Shown here one piece after another: positions 52,041 to 61,252 of a stretch of 61,252 nt of DNA. The stretch spans positions 1-61,252 of the forward strand of contig JAUCBJ010007574.1 of assembly GCA_032718475.1 (NCBI GenBank), given 5' to 3'. Origin of the DNA: Nemertoderma westbladi. Lineage: Eukaryota > Animalia > Xenacoelomorpha. The translations under genes were made by a program, and so were the position numbers. The notes beneath the pieces were generated by a model. That model worked only from the letters and a program-made list of their open reading frames with translations, searched no databases and was not told the DNA's origin. Numbering within the stretch: position 1 is the stretch's first letter; each line of letters opens with the position of its first letter.

Positions 52041-52556
52041 AATAAGAAATTGAACAACAAAATAGAAATAACCAATAAACAGTTTACCGGAAAAAACATT
52101 GCCAAATTTGAACTAGAGAAAATTTCACAGCAAATTACAGGTCAAAGTTGCTTAAAACCAAACATGTTTATCTACAAAGGTGACGATTCAACTTTAATGC
52201 TATTTCCCAGCGGCGCAGTAACAATTGTAGGCCTATGCAATAATTTAGCTAGTGAATTGCTTTATTTAAAACAAACTATTGGTATGCAAGTGCAAAATTT
52301 GAAACTTAATACCGAAACACGAACTATTATTTTTCCAAGTGTTAATTTTAAATTATTAATGAAAAAATGTGGACATCATACAATTAATAATAAAGCAATA
52401 TTTATTAGCTATACCCCCGAATTATTTTGCGCGATTAGAATATATATAGGACGTGCATATTTCAGTGTATTTCATAGTAATAAAATCGTTTCCATGTGTC
52501 CTGCCGGTGAATTCCCCGGATCATTATCTATTTTACAAACTTTATTATTAAATTAG
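52041..52556 (+). CDS. Divergent TATA-binding protein (TBP)-fold protein
   Basis: About 170 aa with two TBP-like repeats: ITNKQFT..KFELEKI...TLMLFPSGAVTIVG (cf. LQNIVST..LDLKTI...TALIFSSGKMVCTG) and SYTPELFCAIRI...FSVFHSNKIV (cf. SYEPELFPGLIYR...LLIFVSGKVV); no N-terminal ATG; preceded by acceptor-like tttttctAG (52039-52040). Confidence 0.8.
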   Translation, partial: NKKLNNKIEITNKQFTGKNIAKFELEKISQQITGQSCLKPNMFIYKGDDSTLMLFPSGAVTIVGLCNNLASELLYLKQTIGMQVQNLKLNTETRTIIFPSVNFKLLMKKCGHHTINNKAIFISYTPELFCAIRIYIGRAYFSVFHSNKIVSMCPAGEFPGSLSILQTLLLN

Positions 52557-54856
52557 TTTATTTACTATGGTATACATGAAAGTTTACTATATTATTTATT
52601 TTGTGTTGGTTTTTATTTCTCCATGAGTGGGGTTTGAATCCGTGACCATCCGTGTTACCTACTTTTTATAATTGCATTAGTAGGACTCGAACCCTGGTTT
52701 AACTTATTTTGTGTTGGTTTTATAATGGTCGCGAGTAGGGCTTGAACCCGTGACCAGCTGTTTTTCCTATTTTGTGTTTACTTTTTATAATTCCCATAAA
52801 ACGGGATATGAATAGGGATCGAACCCGTGACCATATGTTTTTCCTATTTTATGTTTAGTTTAGTCTAGTTATTCTATGTTTACTTTTTATATTTTCATGA
52901 CTAGGATTCGAACCCTGGTTTAACTTATTTTGTGTTGGATTTATAATGGTCGCGAGTAGGGAATGAACCTATGACCTCCTGTTTATTTTCCATAAAACGG
53001 GATACGAATAGGGATTGAACCTGTGACCATATGTTTATCCTATTTTGTGTTTAGTTTAGGTACTCTAGTTATTCTATGTTTACTTTTTATATTTTCATGA
53101 TTAGGATTCTAACCCTGGTTTAACTTATTTTGTGTTGGATTTATAATGGTCGTGAGTAGGGATTGAACCCATGACCATCTGTTTATCCTATTTTGTGTTT
53201 ACTTTTTATATTTTTCCATAAAACAGGATACGAGAAGGGGTCGAACATGTGACCACCTGTTTATCCTATTTTATGTTTAGTTTAGTTACTCTAGTTATTC
53301 TATGTTTACTTTTTATATTTTTTATAAAACGGACACGAGTAGGGATTGAACCCGTGACCATATGTTTTCCTAATTTATGTTTAGTTTAGTCTAGTTATTC
53401 TATGTTTACTTTTATATTTTCATCTCTAGGATTCGAACCCTGGTTTAACTTATTTTATGTTGGTTTTTTAATGGTCGCGAGTAGGGATTGAACCTATGAC
53501 CTCCTGTTTATTTTCCATTGGTTGTTTTATATTTAATATGTCACGCTCATCTCTCTTTTTCTTTTCATCTTCACTAAAAATATCTTCGGATTTTTTAAAT
53601 TTTTTGGTAACGGAGCCATTAGTTTTCCTTTCTATGTGTTTCCATATGACGAGATAAATTGTCTTGTCTCATTTCTTTATTACAAACCAAACAACTTTTA
53701 TGTCTATGCATTATAAAGCAATGTCAATTGATAATATTGAATTTTCACATTATATTTATGTTAAATTATAAATTTATGCTACAATTATTATTTATATTAT
53801 AAAAAACAGAAATATTCGAGTTATATTGCATATTGTGGAATACTTTAGATGTTGGGGGGAATCTGGTTTGCGAGGGATATTTGAATGGTGAGTATAACTA
53901 TCCTTGAGAGCTAGTGCAACGCTATCTCACTATGGATGGGCTTTACCATTGTACTCGCATCTGCTCTCTCATTGGCTGCTCGATGCCTCCGATTAAGGGT
54001 CTAAGACCTTCAAGCTGACCTTTTGCTTAGTTTTCTAATTAGAAGGTCGTGAGTTTGCACCCTAGAAGAGCATTATTCTTTTTCCTAGCTCTCGGCTAAC
54101 TCTAGTACACTCTAGCTTTGACTTTCCCGGCTATAGTGATAGTATGCAACCTTGGGAGTTAATGTGAGTACATATTTCAGTGTATTTCATAGTAATAAAA
54201 TCGTTTCCATGTGTCCTACCGGTGAATTCCCCGGATCATTATCTATTTTACAAACTGTATTATTAAATTAGTTTATTTACTATGGTATGCATGAAAGTTT
54301 ACTATATTATTAATTTTGTGTTGGTTTTTATTTTTCCGTGAGTAGGGTTTGAATCCGTGACCATCTGTTTATCCTATTTTGTGTTTAGTTTAGTTACTCT
54401 ATGTTAAAGTGAATTTTCACATTATATTTATGTTAAATTATAAATTTATGCTACAATTATTATTTATATTATAAAAACAGAAATATTCGAGTTATATTGC
54501 ATTATATATTTTACATTGAAGAGGAATACTTTAGATGTGGGGGGGAATCTGGTTTGCGAGGGATATTTGAATGGTGAGTATAACTATCCTTGAGAGCTAG
54601 TGCAACGCTATCTCACTATGGATGGGCTTTACCATTGTACTCGCATCTGCTCTCTCATTGGCTGCTCGATGGCTCCGATTAAGGGTCTAAGACCTTCAAG
54701 CTGATTATTTGCTTAGTTTTCTAATTGGAGGGATGTGAGTTTGCACCCTAGAAGAGCTTTATTCTTTTTCCTAGCTCTCGGCTAACTCTAGTACACTCTA
54801 GCTTTGACTTTCCCGGAGATAGTGATAGTATGCAACCTTGGGAGTTAATGTGAGTA
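52456..54856 (+). repeat. Tandem duplication: 52456-54170 repeated as 54171-54856, with most of the B-box array missing from copy 2
   Basis: CATATTTCAGTGTATTTCATAG (TBP-like 3' end) recurs at 54171; block about 53739-54170 recurs at about 54410-54856; both copies end GGAGTTAATGTGAGTA. Confidence 0.9.
52625..53502 (-). repeat. Array of about 13 tRNA T-arm/B-box motifs in T-rich spacers (higher-order tandem repeat)
   Basis: Plus strand GAGTAGGGATTGAACCCGTGACC and TAGGATTCGAACCCTGG read on the minus strand as GGTCACGGGTTCAATCCCTACTC and CCAGGGTTCGAATCCTA (B-box GGTTCRANNCC); motifs near 52625, 52678, 52733, 52810, 52899, 52954, 53006, 53099, 53154, 53232, 53337, 53425, 53479. Confidence 0.8.
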
Positions 54857-57158
54857 AAGACCAAGAGATTAAACTTCAGGCTCTGGGTTGGTGTAGTGGC
54901 GTAAATATCACGTAATGATGAGTTCCCCACTGAACCGCCCAAATCAGGTAACCCGCCCGTCCGGTGGAAAGGAAACTGATAACTAAACGCTCCAGTGTGG
55001 TGTCTGTGCAGGCCGATCCCTACACAGCACCATAGTAATACAGAATATAGACAGAATATAAACAGATAACAAACAATAAATCAGATGCATTTACAAAAGA
55101 TAAAATAATATAAGTGAATACGTAAAATGAATAAGGAATCTGTACTACTAAAGAACTGTGCCATAAAACAACGATATCACCTTCCACTCTTGTCACCAAA
55201 CCAACTGAACCAATATTGCTAATCTGTGTCTAATGTACCCCGGTAGCGCGGATGAATATTCCCTAGTAATGAGCCAGACTGGGGTTTAAGACCCCAGCCT
55301 GGCACCCGTACGTAGCAAAAACCCTAATTAAGTACATAATCCTACTACCTAAAACTAAAACCTACTGAAACCCCCCCAATATAACAATAAATACGTACTA
55401 CATAATGTAGTACATATTGACCGCCTAATTGTACATTCCTATCTCTGGCAAGGCTAATATCCCATCTCCCTGCTACCTCTGTCTTGCTACAGGTGTGGCC
55501 TGGCGGCCAACCTGTCCCCAATCACGTGCTCTTTGTATACCTCGTTTGTAATCCACCTAGTCCCATGTCTGTATTGATACCTTGAGAGTTGACTTGGTGG
55601 AAGGCGTACGTAGTAACCTAATACTAACATTCCTGGAAATCACTGCAGCCCAGTCCCCCCCCCCCCCCCCCCGTGTGCCCTGTAACTAGTCAGTTCCGTA
55701 GTCCTACCTACACCTACAGTACAAACGCTACAGTAATTACCCCTACAGTACAAACATTAGGCTTGGGTGGGAAACCCGTGGTACTCGTATAATATATGTG
55801 TGGGTTTGGGAAGGGTAAGGTTCCGGTTGTCGGACACACTCCCCCTTGGGAGTGTAAATGATTTACACTCCCATATCTAAAGGCACGAGCCAGTAGACAC
55901 CCTGTGAACGTCAGGAAAGGTAGGCGACTCCTAAACAATCCGTCGGTTGTCGGTAAAAAAAAATTGTGGTAAAAAATGGATAAAAATAATGGTGGGTACT
56001 GTTGACCCGGAGTATGGTTTTAAAAACGGGAGTTGATAGTCCCTTTACCAATTCGCTGTGAGTCAGCACACTAGACGAGTTTCCGCTGACCCCACAGACG
56101 ATTGACATCAACACCCATCTGGGTGTTGATATCGTGAAACGGTTTAAGCCCCGTAACGCGCTGTTCAGTGCCATCCACTGTCGGATATAGGCAATGGTAT
56201 CACACCATAAAGGATTCATGATACGAAATAATGTAAATAAATTAATTAAAAAACACATTTTGTTCGTTGTGCCACGCACACACACTCATTCACTCGTATG
56301 TACTTTGGGTGACCCCTGCACCACTTATTGGTGATGGGCACACCCATGGACACCACATCGCTACGCTCTCTGACGTTTTTTACGATCCTTTGGGCACCCA
56401 TTTAAATATTTATAATCTCTCCGAACGCGCTATCGGTTACTTTCTCCAGGTCCGGCTCTATGGCACGGCGAGCCCCCAAATGTGGGATCGACCCCCTGCA
56501 TCCTGGCCAACCCAGGGTGCTACCCATCCGCCCAGCTGCGCTCCAACCAGCTACTCTGTGTCATTCGTTAACTTCCAACTTACATTCTCATTCCTGTCTC
56601 AATCACTGCACACGGTGCTATCTCATTCCAAACAACCTCAAATTGTTGTGGCCGTCCGTATCGGGCCACCCCCAATGTGCGCACGTACCTGTGATAAGGT
56701 AGGTGGGCCCCATTGGTGGTACCTACTTGTTCGGTACCGTCAGTTGTGAATGGGAGCGTCCACAGCGACGAACCCCACTCGTGGGTGGCGTCTTCTGCTT
56801 CACCCACTGCTGTGTGACTGTTATACGTAACTTTCATACACACGTACGTACACACATACACTCTAAATACTAAGTTAACCAAATCACACCACTCTGTAAA
56901 CTGTGTTGAACTATCCACCCGTAATAACGCATACACACTCGCACACCCCCCCCCCCCCCCCCCCCCCCCCTTTGAGCTCCCCGAAACAGCCAATGGTGGA
57001 TACTTATAGACGGTTTACTCCATAAACATTGTAATCATTCAGTGGTGCGTACCTACATGGATCAAATGGAACAAAAAAATGCAAGTATTGCATCGGGCAT
57101 TGCAAGGTGTGGCTTGTAAATATGTACAGCGTGACGTATAGTCTCGGTTCTCTCGTGA

Positions 57159-57352
57159 GGTGCAGTCAAATAACTCTCGTAAAATACAGTTAAATCTCCC
57201 GTAAGGTGCAGTCAAATAACTCTCGTAAAAATGCAGTTAAATCTCCCGTAAGGTGCAGTCAAATAACTCTCGTAAAATGCAGTTAAATCTCCCGTAAGGT
57301 GCAGTCAAATAACTCTCGTAAAATGCAGTTAAATCTCCCGTAAGGTGCAGTC
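57159..57352. repeat. 46-bp tandem repeat (about 4.2 copies, dimeric sub-units of about 23 bp) abutting the stop codon of the CCHC ORF
   Basis: Unit GGTGCAGTCAAATAACTCTCGTAAAATGCAGTTAAATCTCCCGTAA starting at 57159, 57205, 57252, 57298 and 57344. Confidence 0.95.
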
Positions 57353-59308
57353 CTACTTGATTCGCCGTCTTTTACGGTCATTGATATCCTCCTCCTTCTG
57401 GTCCTCCACCTCCCTGTGGTATTTTACCACGTGTTCGAGGTAGTAGGTCCCGGTGTAGTGGTCCAGGAACCCTTCGAGGTGTCCCGGGTGTCCCGGCCGC
57501 CACTCGTCTAGTCTGTCCTGTATCCTCTGCACGCCTATTGTCATGGCGACGTGCAGGATATGGGTGTATTGCACGGTTTCCTCGCGCCTCGATATCGCGA
57601 GCACGAAATCCGGCTTCATGCGGAAGAAACCCATGGCAATCCCCCGCCTGAGGAGGCGACGCCTGGTCTCCACCCCCATGTTGGCGTTGCACTCGAATCG
57701 CTCTAAGTGCCCCCTCGGCTCCCTCTGGTCACAGTCGCTGTTCCGGTGTCCCCGGAAGCCGCACCGTCCGCACAGTCGGTGCAGTACCTGGCAGGCCGCC
57801 AGGAAGTGTCCCCGTTCGCCGCAGTACGAGCACGGATCCCCGAGAAGTTTGTCCGGGGGGCCGAACGTACACCTGTCCTGGATATGACTCAGGGCTCCGC
57901 AGGTATAACAGGCCGGTAGCTGAAATTCGTACCCAGCATTGTCCTGTATCGGTCTACGTTTCACGTAGTAAACGTGTTTCCTCTCCCTCACCACGTTTGC
58001 TGCGCCCTGATCCTTCGTAAGTCCGTCCGCCTGTAACGGCGGTTCTTGTATGGTAGGTTCTTCCCGGCGATCCACCTGTCTCCTGACTGCAGACCGCGTC
58101 TCCCTTTGTGCCGGTCTCCATATTGGTTCCAGGGGCGGCATTTCTCCCCCAAAGTTATCGCGTTCCTCCTGCCCGCTGTCATTTTCGGCGTTGGCACTCG
58201 TTCGTCCTGTGTATGGGCGACGTAGTTCCCCCGGCCGACGCCCCAGCATCCTCGACGGTCCCTCCGTTGGGCGACGCCCCCCGCGACCCTGGGCGAGGAG
58301 CCCCCGAGTGCTACGGACGGGTGAGTTCCTTCGGTCTATCGTCTCTCCGGAGTACACAACCCAGTCCCGTGTTCTCCCGTCTACGACCATCCTCTCCACC
58401 GCCTGGTCAAACGGTCTCCTCTGGTCCCGTATATGTCCCGCCACCGAAGCCGTCCCGCGGGAGATCCTTCTACGGCTCTTCCCCAAAGACCCGCGGTTGC
58501 CACGGCTCCCGGTAGCCGCTCCGTTTCGGAAGTGGGTGGCGCCCGAGGTCAGTTGGCGTCCTCGTTCCTCTTGGAACCCCCACTCCTCCTCGAACTGTGG
58601 CTGGGGTTTGTCCCCGCCCTCACGTCCATCCCAGACTTTGGAGCTGGTAGATGGCTGTGCTCGGTCGTCCTGTCCTCTTCGGCAGACTCTTTTCGGCTCG
58701 TATCGGTAATCCCAGTCGTCGTAAGCCGCCATCTTGGCTGCCGGGATTTGGCCGCTACCTTCGTCGTCGCTATGGGTCTCGACGTCCGGAGCTGGTTGTA
58801 GGGAGTAGCCTCCCTCGTAGGTACTGTCGGGTCCCTTTCCCGTCTGTGGATTTGTCTCCTCCCGTGGTACCTTACTCTCCCCTAGGCGGCGAATTCTGTC
58901 GATTTGCCGGGGAGACGGTGTGGTTTCTTTATCCATCAGGTAGTTCGCGTTATAAATGACCTCGGTCCGGTTCTGATCCCTTGGGAAGTCCACAAGGGGC
59001 CACAATACCCTACGGATAGCCTCTCGGTCCGAGAGGATCCTGCCTCCACTATCGCGGAAGGCTCGGGGAACCAGGCCCACCATGTGGGCTGTCAATAGGA
59101 GGGGGATTGACGCCGCTGCGTAATCCTCCTGTAGGATGTATTGTTCTTGAACCGCGTCTAGTCGTCGGTTCCTCGATGGGAAGGTATACAGTCGTGGGGG
59201 CCATCTGGGCCTCGCCTTAAACTGTTCCGTTGTCAGTCGTGTGGCCCCTGCCTGTCGGTCGTACTTCTCTCTGGACATGGGTTTGAAGTTGACCAGCCCG
59301 GTCTCTCT
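57353..59308 (-). CDS. GC-rich Gag-like/nucleic-acid-binding ORF with three CCHC zinc knuckles (retroelement-derived), C-terminal part of a chimeric ORF
   Basis: CYTCGALSHIQDRC, CSYCGERGHFLAAC, CGRCGFRGHRNSDC; long R/G/E-rich low-complexity region upstream. Confidence 0.65.
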   Translation of the reverse strand, partial: RETGLVNFKPMSREKYDRQAGATRLTTEQFKARPRWPPRLYTFPSRNRRLDAVQEQYILQEDYAAASIPLLLTAHMVGLVPRAFRDSGGRILSDREAIRRVLWPLVDFPRDQNRTEVIYNANYLMDKETTPSPRQIDRIRRLGESKVPREETNPQTGKGPDSTYEGGYSLQPAPDVETHSDDEGSGQIPAAKMAAYDDWDYRYEPKRVCRRGQDDRAQPSTSSKVWDGREGGDKPQPQFEEEWGFQEERGRQLTSGATHFRNGAATGSRGNRGSLGKSRRRISRGTASVAGHIRDQRRPFDQAVERMVVDGRTRDWVVYSGETIDRRNSPVRSTRGLLAQGRGGRRPTEGPSRMLGRRPGELRRPYTGRTSANAENDSGQEERDNFGGEMPPLEPIWRPAQRETRSAVRRQVDRREEPTIQEPPLQADGLTKDQGAANVVRERKHVYYVKRRPIQDNAGYEFQLPACYTCGALSHIQDRCTFGPPDKLLGDPCSYCGERGHFLAACQVLHRLCGRCGFRGHRNSDCDQREPRGHLERFECNANMGVETRRRLLRRGIAMGFFRMKPDFVLAISRREETVQYTHILHVAMTIGVQRIQDRLDEWRPGHPGHLEGFLDHYTGTYYLEHVVKYHREVEDQKEEDINDRKRRRIK

Positions 59309-60300
59309 GGCAAATGAGAAGTGGCAACGGATGATGCGGTTAGAGATTTGGTCTATTTTGTCCAATGCTGCATGTGCAGTTGGATTCATCAATAGACCAA
59401 TTCCACCATTGCCACTATCATCTGCTGAAGCGAGGGTGAGTCGCCAACTGCCCCCCATGTCCTTAATCAGAACCTCATCAGTCTGTCCAGTCTGCATTCG
59501 ATGCTCTTGAACACGCACTGCACTAAGAGAAAGCTTATCTGCCAAGGCAGTCAGCTCACCTTGTCGCATTGGGGACCCGAGTGTTAGGGTGTTTACTGAG
59601 GCTAGTCTAGTGACTTGCCTCAGATTCACCAATGGCTTTGTTGGTCGGGGTGGAACATGAAAGTAGCCTCCAACTCCAGAATCCCTCTCCCCCTCGCAAT
59701 CTGGCCTCCCTGGTGACCCAGGGTTTGGGCCAGAAAGGTGATCAGGAAAGGCACTCAAAGAATTGTTTGCCGCTCTCTCTCCAGTAGGGGGTGAGACAGG
59801 CAGCCGGTCAGGAGATAACTGACGCCTGTGGGGCCGATTGTGTCCAGTTATTCCACTGGCCTCTAGTGGCTGGACCTCCGCATTACTAATGTAATCCATA
59901 GTGGGGGTTGGGGGGTGCTTTTTTGCCGAGTCAGCTCTCGGGGCAAATACCACACCCTGGTTTGCCATTCCACAGGGTGGGTGTCGCAGTGGAGTCAGAT
60001 ATGAAGCCCATCACCCATATCTACTCTGGCGCACATGACCCACCATTGGCTGTGCAGCTCATCTGCTGGGTCATGCCCTGTACCCCTGTTGCCAGGTGTA
60101 GGTCGCAGTGAAGTGCACTCAGAGTGGACATGAGAACACTCTACTCCTGACCAGCCATTGGTAGATCACCATCTGCCTGGCCAGGCCATATAACCCTGCA
60201 GCCAAGTATATGGGTCCTTAATCCAGGACCAAGGGCGTCCTTATCCCAGAACGAAGGGGGTCCTAGTTACAGGACCAGATTTTCCCTCTACAGGTGGCAC
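59309..60300 (-). mobile_element. 5' portion of an RTE-like non-LTR retrotransposon (probable 5' UTR plus truncated APE endonuclease)
   Basis: RLASVNTLTL...LSAVRVQEHR...SWRLTLASADDSGNGGIGLLM...ISNRII matches the N-terminal APE motifs (NxxT, QE, GVG); homology stops near 59309. Confidence 0.75.
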
Positions 60301-60365
60301 CTCCTTTATGCTACATGGAGGTGGCAAGTTTTCTTGATCAATGACCTAGAATACCTGACCTGACC

Positions 60366-61182
60366 TACAAGGGATGTATTCAGAAACGAGACCACAAGGG
60401 ATGTATCCAGAAACGAGACCACAAGGGATGTACCAAGAAACGAGACCACAAGGGATGTATCCAGAAACGAGACCACAAGGGATGTATCCAGAAACGAGAC
60501 CACAAGGGATGTATCTAGAAACGCGACCACAAGGGATGTACCCAGAAACGAGACCACAAGGGATGTACCCAGAAACGAGACCACAAGGGATGTATCCAGA
60601 AACGAGACCACAAGGGATGTATCCAAAAACGAGACTACAATGGATGTATCGAGAAACGAGACCGCAAGGGATGTATCCAGAAACGAGATCACAAGGGATG
60701 TATCCAGAAACGAGACCACAAGGGATGTATCCAGAAACGAGACTACAAGGGATGATTCCAGAAACGAGACCACAAGGGATGTATCCAGAAACGAGACCAC
60801 AAGGGATGTATCCAGAAACGAGACTACAAGGGATGTATCCAGAAACGAGACCACAAGGGATGTATCCAGAAACGAGACCACAAGGGATGTATCTAGAAAC
60901 GCGACCACAAGGGATGTACCCAGAAACGAGACCACAAGGGATGTATCCAGAAACGAGACCACAAGGGATGTATCCAAAAACGAGACTACATGGGATGTAT
61001 CGAGAAACGAGACCACAAGGGATGTATCCAGAAACGAGATCACAAGGGATGTACCACAAGGGATGTATCCAGAAACGAGACCACAAGGGATGTACCCAGA
61101 AACGAGACCACAAGGGATGTACCCAGAAACGAGACCACAAGGGATGTACCCAGAAACGAGACCACAAGGGATGTACCCAGAA
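60366..61182. repeat. 27-bp minisatellite, about 30 copies
   Basis: Unit ACCACAAGGGATGTATCCAGAAACGAG; explains the 9-aa-periodic ORFs on both strands. Confidence 0.97.
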
Positions 61183-61252
61183 AGTGTAGAGGTGTAGAGT
61201 AGATTTAATTTAACGTGGTTAGAGGATTCAATCTTACAAAAAATAAATAAAA

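Noticed and set aside
52625-53502. CRISPR array or tRNA gene cluster
   Set aside because: Spacers are themselves repeated and low-complexity, there are no cas genes and the context is eukaryotic; only T-arm/B-box motifs are present, with no full cloverleaf.
45880-55000. Polinton terminal inverted repeats and 6-bp TSD around the pPolB unit
   Set aside because: No convincing inverted match or (AG)n/(AGT)n termini found by eye; element boundaries remain undefined.
60120-60330. HDV-like ribozyme in the RTE 5' UTR
   Set aside because: Hairpins are present but the nested double pseudoknot could not be assembled by eye.
60306-61202. Long ORFs on both strands with 9-aa periodicity
   Set aside because: They result from a 27-bp minisatellite that lacks stops in most frames; no unique coding flanks.

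Overview
AT-rich, repeat-dense animal (probably invertebrate) genomic window. Host genes: an intronless single-repeat beta-thymosin (641-772, missed by the ORF track), a complete 4-exon UGGT gene on the minus strand (16570->8078, about 1543 aa, C-terminal HREL), and the terminal exon of a fibrinogen-related protein with a very long, tandemly expanded coiled coil (35938-38217). Mobile DNA: a near-intact BEL/Pao LTR retrotransposon (26412-33045, GTATG TSD), decayed RTE and CRE non-LTR elements, a decayed integrase-core DDE transposase, many MITEs, SINE fragments and minisatellites. The most unusual region is about 46.4-54.9 kb. It holds an intact Polinton/adintovirus-type protein-primed DNA polymerase B, followed 14 nt later by a divergent TATA-binding-protein (TBP)-like ORF and then an array of about 13 tRNA T-arm/B-box motifs. 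Upstream are a Pol II-like promoter and a duplicated, apparently spliced leader. No integrase, ATPase or capsid gene is recognisable. All assignments are by eye from motifs and no database searches were run; repeat boundaries are approximate unless a TSD is quoted.
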